This document shows, piece after piece, positions 1 to 9,259 of a stretch of 12,564 nt of DNA. Every line of letters begins with the position of its first letter. The stretch's first letter is position 1. Origin of the DNA: Bugula neritina (lineage: Eukaryota; Animalia; Bryozoa); NCBI GenBank assembly GCA_964035545.1, contig CAXIUT010000215.1:1-12564 (forward strand), written 5' to 3'. The translations under genes and the position numbers were made by a program. The notes beneath the pieces were generated by a model. The model did no database searches and was not told the DNA's origin. It worked only from the letters and a program-made list of their open reading frames with translations.

Positions 1-87
1 CCCAACCCCAACCCCAACCCCAACCCCAACCCCAACCCCAACCCCAACCCCAACCCCAACCCCAACCCCAACCCCAACCCCAACCCC
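1..87 (-). repeat. Left telomere, (CCCCAA)n
   Basis: Perfect CCCCAA tandem array starting 5'-CCCAA; this is the Tetrahymena-type ciliate G4T2 repeat. Confidence 0.98.
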
Positions 88-340
88 TATTTATATGAAT
101 AATTTATATCTTAATATCTTCAAGAAAAATATCATTTATAAAGAAATTAAAGGAAATATGACATTTTTGATTTTTTTGACTTTTATAAGGATATTTTATA
201 ATCATGAATTATTAATTGATTCTTAATTTTTTATTTTAATAAAGTTTATAATATCTTTAAGATTTTTAATCATCATTAATTCACATAATAAAAAATCTTT
301 ATAATTTTTAGATAATAATAAAAGGTATCAGAGAGATATT

Positions 341-3300
341 TCAATCAAAATTTTTAATCATAGATCTGTTATTTTATCCTAAATCTAAATATTTTTCTTA
401 ATCTAAATTCATAGCACTACTATTAACTCTGGGTCTCTTTCTTTCTTCATAGAGAACAGTATCTCGATTACCTAACTTAGCATATTTCTTCTGCAAATAT
501 TCCAATTTATTTTGTACAAGATATTTTCTTCTTTCCTCCAAAAAGAAAAAAATCATTATTGTTATTATACAAGTTAATGCCAGTACAAGATAAACTACAA
601 TAACTGTGAAGAAAACTGAGTAAGTCTCTTCATCTCTTAGAAGGATTATTACTCCGATGAGAAAGGCTGTTGCGAATGGACAGATTGTAGTCAAAGTATT
701 TCTGAAAGTGATTGCAAATGAGTATGGAACTTCTAGATCGTAGTTATTTAGTACTTTGTAAGTATTCTATTCCATGTAGTTATCGCTATTTAATCTGTTA
801 ATATCGACAAAGAATCGGTCTGAGTGCAACATGAAAAACTACCAGAGAGTAAATCCCATTGAAACTAAGACTAGAATGGCAATAACTATCTAATTAGCTA
901 AAGAAATGAAACAGATAATTAGTGTTGCTGTGATTCTCCAGATGAAGAAGGGACTGAGGTACTTAGTTTATTTCCAGATAGAATAGCGACGAGCAATAAG
1001 AGCTGCTACAAAGCAAATTGCAAAGATAAAAATGATAAACATGCCGAATTGAGTGGCTTTGTAGTTAGCAACTATGTAGAGGAAGGAACTCCAGAAAGAG
1101 TGAAGGATTTTGACTTACATGATATCGATTGATAGTCTTACCATAAAATCTAGACGACTTTATTTGAGACCTATAAGGAAACGACTGACAAGATAAATAA
1201 TCAACATAAAAACAGCAAAGAAGATGATGGATCCCATAAGTCTAACGAAATCCATGTCTGGAGTATGTAAGAAGTAGCTGGCAAAGGTGTTTTGGGTATC
1301 TGATTTAGCAAGTTGTGCGTATAAGTTGGGAATGAAATCAAGGTTGCAGTATGAGCAACCTATCAGGAAGTAGAACGAGCGCTAGCCGACTGGAAAAGCT
1401 GAATAGATGAGTACTCCAAGTATTTGTACTATTCTAAAGACTTCTATCGTAAGTTAATAAACTCCTTTGATTTGTAGCAGAAAGAGGAAGACAGCTACTC
1501 CTAGGAAACCTGCCATGATGAGATGATAGTAGTTTCTAACTGAGTAAGTATAGTATTATTTCATGAGTTCTGGATGTTGGTTGATTTAAAACACTGTGGT
1601 GTAGTTGTTGTATCTGATTCCTTGTGAACTGTAGATAGTGGCTAAGAAAACGATTTGGAAGGATTTGTGGTAATCTAGTGAAGTTGGTAAATTAGTGGTA
1701 TAAGTGATTCGGTAGTTGGAGTATTTGAGGTTGCGAATCAAGAGAGTGGTGTTGGCTAGAGATCTTATTCCTTAGAATTAGTTTAGTTGTGAGTCTTTGT
1801 ATAAAATTTGCACTTAAGAATAACTATTGTATTTCATCCAGGTTTAACTAGTTGCATTCAGTCCATCTTGTGCCAAAATTGTATATTAAAGCAACTTGCC
1901 ATGACTGAGTACATGTACTTACTCCAATTTGAGTGAATACTAGTAGTTGGTGTTCGATAGATGAATGCAGGATCGGTTATCGAAGTTGGCTTAGTGCATT
2001 GAAGGACATATACTGATACAAGCTCCCCAGTAACTATAAGTGTAAATATCGCACATCTAGCATGCTCTTGTTAAATTATTCCAAGAGTATCCATCAGGAC
2101 ATGAAGCATAGCATCGGTTGTGGAAAAGATAGCGAGGTGAATTGGTGAAGCAGGCAGTGCAGTTAGTGGCTTATCCTTTGCAACTACTACATGATACATC
2201 ACAGAGATAGCATTATTGGTTGAAAGTGTTACTGTATTATCCATCAGGACATTTAGTTAGACAGATAGTGGTTCCATTAGCAAGGTAAAAACCTGGATTG
2301 CAGACAGTGCAAAAGTAGTTGGTAGTTGATGTGCTGAAACATCTAAGACACTGGAAAGCACAAGTATAACAGAAAATTGTGGTATTACCTCCTGAATTAT
2401 ATTAGTAGTGTCCATCGAGAGGACAGTGGCAGACGTGGTCGGTCATGTTGGCCCAGTAGTTACTCGGGCATGGAGAGGTGACGCAAGTATTATTGAAAAG
2501 AAATGACTAATTTCGACCTGAGGTGTAACATCTACTGCATCTGGTAGAACTGCTGCACTACATGCATAGACTGTTGCAGGTAACACAGTAGGTTTGATAG
2601 AATGCGGTGTAACCTGGCCATGTGGCTCCCGGTACTTATCCAATCAGATGGGTTGTGTAACTTAAGAAAGTTGCTTGTGGACAGGTGTTATAGCAAAGTC
2701 GATCTTAGTAGTTGAGGCTATATCCTCCTGAACATGACATGCATTTAGTGGCTGATGAGCAAGAGCTGCAGCCAGTTGGGCAGCGACTGACAAAGACGAT
2801 CATATCTCTGATTTCTATATATCTATTACCGCAGCAATTGACACTTTAACCTGCTAGTCCACAATTACAGCCCAAACTTGGAACTCCAAATCCTGTACAA
2901 GTTGCACCACAACAACAACTAAAGCAAAGACCGCATCCACCTCCTCCACACACATCTCCACAACTACAATCTCCAGTATCACAATCAGTATTCTATGGGA
3001 GACTCTCATTGATACTTCTCCATTTGACTGTTACATTTGGGTTGTAATGAGTAATTTTAGAACTGGTTACCACATCATAGCAACTCAGATACGAGAGAGT
3101 ACTTTGGTCGTATGTTTAGGTGTGTTCGTCTAGAGAGTAGGCTAAGGGGTAGTAGTTCTGGAGATTATCATTTTAGAAGAGGAAGATTCCGAATCTTATT
3201 CTTATTGCGTAGTGGGCAGCTAGCCCAGTGACGATGTGCATCATGTTGTTTTGAAGAGATGCTGCAGTGTTTCTTGGAGTTACGAGTGCTGAGTAGTATC

Positions 3301-3634
3301 CAAGGCGATGGACTTGAGCACCTGCAAGTAATGCAGTATCTCCATTGTTATAATTATAGTAGGCATGTTCTTATTCTGACTAGAAGAGATGAGGCACACA
3401 GTAATCAGTATCAGCTAGTGTGAAGAGTAGCGGATCACAAGATGTACAACCTCCGTTATCGGTTTGTCCTGCTGAACATTAACTTGTCAAACTGAAAGAA
3501 TTGATGCTGTAGCCGCAATAGGCAGTGCAAGGAGTAATGACTGAACATGTAGTTGCATAATCATTGGGAGCACTGAGTGTAGAAAAGACTAAAAGTGTTA
3601 AGATGATAAGATAGACAGTGTGGTTCTCTGGCAT
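341..3634 (-). CDS. Cys-rich (furin-like/growth-factor-receptor repeat) multi-pass membrane surface protein, 1097 aa
   Basis: One frame from ATG (3634) to TGA (341), 1098 codons, with TAA/TAG read as sense. N-terminal signal peptide (VYLIILTLLVFSTLS). Many CxxCxxC...CxxC...CPDGY repeats at about 1970-2790. About 8-10 hydrophobic segments at about 540-1530. Track ORF 398-694 is its C-terminal part. Confidence 0.9.
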
Positions 3635-3758
3635 GACTATGTTAATATAATTAGATTGGGAATTATCATCAATATTTCATGGTTTATGGATTTGAAATGA
3701 TCATATTTAAATAGAGTTTTATCAGTTTAAATTGAGTATTGGATTGTTTTGATTATCT
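3635..3758. promoter_or_regulatory. Putative bidirectional promoter spacer (124 bp)
   Basis: AT-rich gap between two divergent ATGs; inferred from position only. Confidence 0.5.
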
Positions 3759-5024
3759 ATGAATAAGTTATAATAAATAGGTAATATCTGTGGGTATAAG
3801 GTGTTTTTCTATCTTGATAAAACATCTCTAGAACTACATTACTATCAATAGTAGCATTCTGAGTTGAGATATAAAGCTGTTTTTCAAAAGAAATTGGTTG
3901 GTTCTACTAATCCAGAAGCTGCTCGTCAAGTTTTATAAGTTTTTGCTAAATCTTTTAAAAAGTTTGTAGATTATATCAAATCTTATTCCTAAGATCAACA
4001 GAGAGTATCAATAGGTAATCAGGGTGACTTCTATGTTATCCATTTTACAACTAAAATAAGAACAGCTAAGGCAAAGGCTATTTAATTCTAAGGTTAACAA
4101 TATATAACTAAAAGCGAACAAAAGGAGGATAAGGTGATCAAGAATTAGGTTCTCGATATCAGATAATAAAATAAATTATTGAAATAAATTGTAATGAAAC
4201 TTGAATATCAAGTCGAGCAGCAAGCCTATGAAATAAAATAATTAAAGAAAAACATCCTATTCAGCCAGAAAGAATATTTAGGAGATATCAAAGCTGATAG
4301 CAAAATGTTACCAATGTAAAATATGACTGTTAGATAGCATATAACAATGAAGCAATTGCAGTAGAATATAAGTACTATGAAGGATCAGATCAAGGGGTTG
4401 ATTCAGTGTGTTGGTCGTTAGAAATATAAGTTACCTGAAATGGCTAAGTATATTGGATAGGAAGATACTTTTTAAAGTTTGTAGAAATATGGAATAAGAC
4501 ATTATGTTATCATCGATACGAATAATATATATTTTGATGAGCATTTTAGAGCATAAGGCAATGTTCTAACTAAAATAGGAGTGTATAAATCTGTTCAGGT
4601 TCTTGGTCGTGATCCTTTTCCTTCTGATGGTCGTTATTTCTTTTCTTTGTTTATGAATAATATCACTGCTTCGATCTTTTCTGTTGGAATAATCAATCAA
4701 AATAGACGAAATTACTTAACGAGCTATGATAATCAGGATTGTATTGCTTTTTACGGTAGAAATGGTACGGTTTGGTAGAAGACAATTGAAAGAGGCGGAG
4801 GGGCAACTATTCCCAATGGGGTTGAGGTGAGGGTAGTAGTTGATTTTTTGAAGAAGATGGTCAAGTGGTATGAGAACGGAAGGGAGATAGGTTCGACGAT
4901 GATAGGGGAGCATTTGTTGAAGAAGAGACTTGTGCCTTATATTCAGATGAGTTATGTTGGTGATCAGGTTACTTTTAATGAAAGAGAGAGGCGGGTATAG
5001 AAATATAAGAAAGGGGTAAGTTGA
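3759..5024 (+). CDS. Coiled-coil protein with C-terminal SPRY/B30.2-like domain, 421 aa
   Basis: Single frame of 422 codons ending in TGA. Heptad-rich middle (IREENKLLKEIVMKLEYQVEQQAYEIKELKK). SPRY-like motifs GRYFFSL, FSVGII, VRVVVDFLKKMVKWYENG and LVPYIQM. Includes track ORF 4581-4778. Confidence 0.8.
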
Positions 5025-5137
5025 TATTTATAGTTGCTACTGATAAAATTATACTATTCAATATATATATAAGTTATTTTTACTAGTATAAAAGGCGGTT
5101 CAAATCGATAAGTAAATTTGAAATCGATAATAAAAAT

Positions 5138-6571
5138 ATGTCTTCAGCACAACAAAAAACTCAGGCAAGTCACCCGAACTTCGTCAAGTTATAGTAGGAA
5201 TTTATCCATGATTCTAACTAGTAGGTTGCTCGTCCTCCTGACCCTTAGATGGAGTAGCTACAGATGCTTTGTGAAAAGGAAAGTCGAAAGTTATAAAAGC
5301 AGGCTTATTTAGCTGCACTGGCTTAAGAGAAATAAAAGGAATAGAATAAGTAGAAGAAGGAGAAGAAGGATTGGACTCCTCTAAAAAATAAGAATAAGCA
5401 AGAAGTGAAGCTCTAGTCTATGGATTTCTCATAATCTATCTATGATCCTGATAGTTAGTAAGAATTGGAGTAATCTGAAATCGATTTGGGTGAGGATTCT
5501 TTTGAAGTTAGTGATAAGCTGGATTCTTAGATAATTAAAAATGTGAACAGTTTGATTAAAACCTTCTAGATAGAGTTAAAGCATCCTGAAACTAGACCTA
5601 AGAAAGTGCAAGAAATAGCACAGGTTTTGAATATTAGCCAAAATGCTGTTACTGATAAGATTAATAGCTATTTCAGAAGTAAAAGAAATAGTTCTTTCCA
5701 AGAATATAGGGAATCGAAGGATTATAGCAGAAACTAGCAAACGATATACAAGAAGACAGAGATGTTTGATGATGCGATTCGTAAGGTTTTGAAGAGTACT
5801 CCCTATGCTTGTATTAACGACCTTCGTAAATAGATATTAAAGAAACTTAATTTGGATTTGGCTAAGTAGACTTTGATAAGAAGACTTAAAAATTTGAACT
5901 ACAGCTATACTAAATTTGCCATAACCAAAAGTTTTAAAAATGATTAGAAATCGATTCAATTGAGACAGGCGTTTTTGAAATTATATCGATAGATATCTGA
6001 AAAGAGTCGTTATGTGTTATTTTATGGAACTGTGCATATGGCTTTGGATGAATGTCGGGGCAGTATGTGGATGAAAACAAAATAAAACGGGCAAATTGAA
6101 CATGCTCTCTCTTCTAGAGATATGGTGAGTATATCTTTGATTTTGGCACCTGATAGAATAGAATACTACAAAATCGATCATGGATTCTACAATTAGAACA
6201 CATTTATCTAAACAATAAAACAGTGGTTGGCTTTGCGTAGGTAGCGAACTTTCCCGAACAATCGCAAGAACCATCCCTATCTCTGTCTGTAAAGCAATTT
6301 GATTCATTATCAGAAAGGTTATCTGAATAATGAGGTTTAGGCTGAGTTGATAGATAACGATATAACAGCTGTTCCATTTCCAATAAATTCATCTGCGATG
6401 AATCCTGCTGAGATGTTGTTCCATCAGATCAAGTATGTGACTCGATCTCGGTTGAAGTTGATCAATATTGAGTAGATGTGTGAGGGGATAAGGAGTGTGG
6501 TGAAGGGAAATATCGATTTGGAGGACATTCGATTTGCTTATAATAAAATTTAAGATTTTGTTGGAATTTGA
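5138..6571 (+). CDS. IS630/Tc1/mariner-family transposase-derived protein, probably catalytically inactive, 477 aa
   Basis: Intact 478-codon frame. HTH KVQEIAQVLNISQNAVTDKINSY. Second HTH PYACINDLRKEILKKLNLDLAKETLIRRLKNLNYSYTK. Linker NDEKSIQLRQAF. C-terminal PFPINSSAMNPAEMLFHQIK matches the P-x-Y-S-P-x-L-N-P-I-E-x-x-W-x-x-x-K motif. No terminal inverted repeats seen. Confidence 0.8.
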
Positions 6572-6614
6572 GTGATTTTGGTTTTATTTTGATAATATTA
6601 ATGATATTATGTTA

Positions 6615-6689
6615 GGGGTTGGGGTTGGGGTTGGGGTTGGGGTTGGGGTTGGGGTTGGGGTTGGGGTTGGGGTTGGGGTTGGGGTTGGG
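6615..6689 (+). repeat. Internal telomeric tract, (GGGGTT)n
   Basis: Perfect 75-bp G4T2 array ending TTGGG, followed directly by unique sequence. Confidence 0.97.
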
Positions 6690-6713
6690 AAAGTAAGAAG
6701 AACACAGATAAAA

Positions 6714-7373
6714 TCAGTTATAGAATCCATCTAAATCATCTAGGCTTTTTTATCCTTTCATCGATGGAAATCTAATATCCATATTCCATTATTTCTCTTC
6801 TCCGACTTTGATACTTTAAACTTTCTACAAATCTTCATCATCTTCTTCTTCTTTCTCTTCAGCTACATCTTTATTTTAGCAGCCTTAACATTTACAACCT
6901 TAACTGCAACCAACTCCAGCGTTAAAGCATTAACAATATCTTTTCAGACAATGACTTTTTTTACAATTACATCTCTTCTATGACAACTTGCACGCTCTGG
7001 TACCTCCTTCTTTGATTCCTTGTTTGGCGTTTTGTATAACTTATTCGAATCCTACCATATTTTTGCAATTACAGCATGCGCAGTCGTCTCCGCACATTTT
7101 ACCTTGTGAAAAACATTCACAGTACATTTTGAGGCAGTTTGTTTTTTTGCACGTGCATCCGATTTTACGTTTTTTTGCTGAATTTGCTGCTGTATTAGCG
7201 AAGGAGATTCTTTATGCGAGGGAGTCTTATTGTACTAGGTCGAGGTTGTCGAGAGACGGAGGGGAGGGGAGGAGGTTATTGGTGTTGATGAGCTGCATGC
7301 TGAGGTTTCTATCAGGTAGTTTATCTAGAGACGGTAGGTTGAAGAACGATATTTTAGGGTTTGGGTCTGACAT
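6714..7373 (-). CDS. Tesmin/TSO1/LIN54-like CRC (CXC) domain protein, 219 aa
   Basis: 220 codons. Two CXC repeats, GCTCKKTNCLKMYCECFSQGKMCGDDCACCNCKN and CNCKKSHCLKRYC[TAA]CFNAGVGCSEGCKCEGCEN, followed by an acidic tail. Confidence 0.93.
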
Positions 7374-7577
7374 TGTAATAAAATTATATATGAACCTGTG
7401 TGATGCGTTTTATGTTCATTTAGGTAAGATATCAACTATGTTTAATTGATTTGATAAAAATTAAAGAAAAAATGTCTGTATTGATTTATAATAACTGGGT
7501 ATTAGCCACTACTTTTGTACAATTTAAGAATTCTTAAAGTTTTTTACTGATAAGATACTTAGATAACTCTAGAACGA

Positions 7578-7942
7578 TCATTCTTCAATAAGTGTATTGA
7601 TCCAGCTGACGCTGTTGGGTTAGGGTGATTCTCTTCTTTATAGTTGTTCTTCCCAAGGTTATTGACTGACCATTAGCAATACGAAGTTGGGGAAGGTGGT
7701 GGTATCATCTTTTGGTGTTGTGATATGGTCTGTTTGTAGTTGTGTTTGGTAGTTGTCGAGGAATTCTGTTTGGTAGAGAGTGAGGTAGGCGTTGTACTAC
7801 TTGGTTTGTAGATGGCAGCGGTTGCCTGGATAGGAAGAGGAGTACAGACAGTTCTGAAGGAGTAGTTATGGTTGTGGCAGAGTAGACATATCCAGTCGTC
7901 GTATTTAGGGGTGGTCCTAGTAGGGGTTTTCTTGTCGGGCAT
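7578..7942 (-). CDS. RanBP2-type zinc finger protein, 114 aa, one intron (7826-7845)
   Basis: Removing GTACTCCTCTTCCTATCCAG restores DWICLLCHNHNYSFRTVCNRC (W-x-C-x2-C-x3-N-x6-C-x2-C). The spliced length is 345 nt and ends in TGA. Confidence 0.88.
7826..7845 (-). other. 20-nt spliceosomal intron
   Basis: GTA...CAG; removal restores the zinc finger. Confidence 0.9.
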
Positions 7943-8110
7943 CAAATAAAATTATTATTTTGATTGGGATAGACAAATCTATCACCAACAGTTACTATCA
8001 ATATAAACCAGTCGTACACTTTTATTCCTAGTTTTTTTAAATCATTTCTTTAAATAACTATTCTTTATCTTTTTAATTTTTTTATCAATTATTTAAATAA
8101 GGTATGATGA

Positions 8111-9111
8111 TCAATGTTTCTTATTTTTTGTAAACTTGGTTCCTATTATGTAGTCCCATATTGGATTACTAACTCCAAAACCTGCTTCTTCACCTCCGAA
8201 GTGATGTTGGTTGTGATATTGCTGCAGTCTGTGGAAGAGCCCGCCTTTGTTATTTGAAGTATCGATGTGATGGAGGGAGTAGTGAGTTAGATCATAGGAT
8301 AGATAGCCCAAGTAGAAAGGAATACCCAAAAGAGCAAAGTAGGCTGGATCTTTGATAGGTATTAGAGGAACTAGGATAGGAACCAAAATTAAATTTTAGA
8401 TTATGAAGAGAACTGGTGGATGCACTAAACGATCGCTGGGTTAATTGATAATTACGGATCATTTGGTAGCATATGGTGAATTCCATGGAGGGCGTAGTGG
8501 AAATAACGGGCAAGTCTGTTATCAGGGAGCCATTTTTATGAGTGGAAGACGAAGCGGTGGAGGAGATATTCCATGAGAGTCCAGGTGAGGTATCCTGTTA
8601 GAAAGGTGAGCACTGCGTAGAAGGGATCGACATGTGACCATGATTCTACTCTATATATCAAGTAGGCCATGATCATGATTGGAACAACTAGGACATGAAA
8701 CCACTTGATGTGGGAGAAGGCTTCGAAGAAGTCAGTTTCGAACATGCGAGGTGTTGGGGTGAAGAGCCAGTGTGGTGAGTCAATTATTTTGAGGTAGTTT
8801 TAGTGATCAAGATTCCAGATTTGAGGCATAAGAGGTTGATCAGGAGAGATTGTTCTGCTGATTTACTTTTTGTATGATCCGATAATCATGGAATTGGCCA
8901 TAGTTAGGGAAAGAGGTTGATGGAATTTCATTTATTCATCGATTGTTTTGAGATTTTTGTGTTTGAGCATAACTCCTCCTCCAGGGTGATGTGATTGGAA
9001 AGATGAGATGTCGAGTATATAGTCATCAAAGATTACGAGAGTCTTTTATTTTTCTTTGGAGTAGTCTACAACTTCTTGATAGTTTTTGAATTTGATGTTG
9101 AGTTCGGTCAT
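8111..9111 (-). CDS. FA2H: Cytochrome b5-fused fatty acid/sphingolipid alpha-hydroxylase (FA2H/Scs7 family), copy A, 326 aa, one intron (8436-8455)
   Basis: b5 motif HHPGG. His boxes EYLLHRFVFH, HGIHH, YDLTHYSLHH and HNQHHF, then GFGVS..WD..IGT. 1001 nt minus a 20-nt intron gives 327 codons. Confidence 0.93.
8436..8455 (-). other. 20-nt spliceosomal intron
   Basis: GTAATTATCAATTAACCCAG; removal restores HHMLPNDPDRLV. Confidence 0.92.
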
Positions 9112-9259
9112 TCAACTTTTATTTTAATTATTTATACTATAGATGTCAGATAAATATCGATTTAACCTAACAATTCTAATTGATTTTTAGTTATTCTTCT
9201 AGATAATTGTATTAAATAGTTATTCTTAAAAACCGTTTTATTATTATGAAACAGAAAAA

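Noticed and set aside
88-362. Degenerate subtelomeric repeats (TTTTAATCAT-like)
   Set aside because: Short, imperfect, in extremely AT-rich DNA, and not seen at the other telomere junctions.
2443-6392. Track ORFs 2443-2643, 4716-4913, 5118-5312, 6017-6307 and 6204-6392
   Set aside because: They are off-frame or antisense to longer motif-bearing genes and arise from using the wrong code.
5025-6614. Autonomous Tc1/IS630 transposon
   Set aside because: No terminal inverted repeats or target duplication were found in the short flanks, and the catalytic triad appears degenerate.
6615-6689. CRISPR array or ordinary microsatellite
   Set aside because: There are no spacers, and the unit is identical to the terminal telomere repeat in a eukaryotic context.
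6930-6932. Standard ciliate code (TAR=Gln) or a split code with TAA=Lys
   Set aside because: TAA occupies the E of YCECF and aligns to GAA twice in the paralogs. The single AAA/TAA pair (8947 vs 10096) is at a variable site.
6988-7449. Track ORF of 153 aa on the + strand
   Set aside because: It is the antisense shadow of the CRC gene.
8292-8513. Track ORF of 73 aa, and apparent frameshifts in FA2H and the RanBP2 gene
   Set aside because: Explained by 20-nt GT-AG introns; no programmed frameshift is needed.
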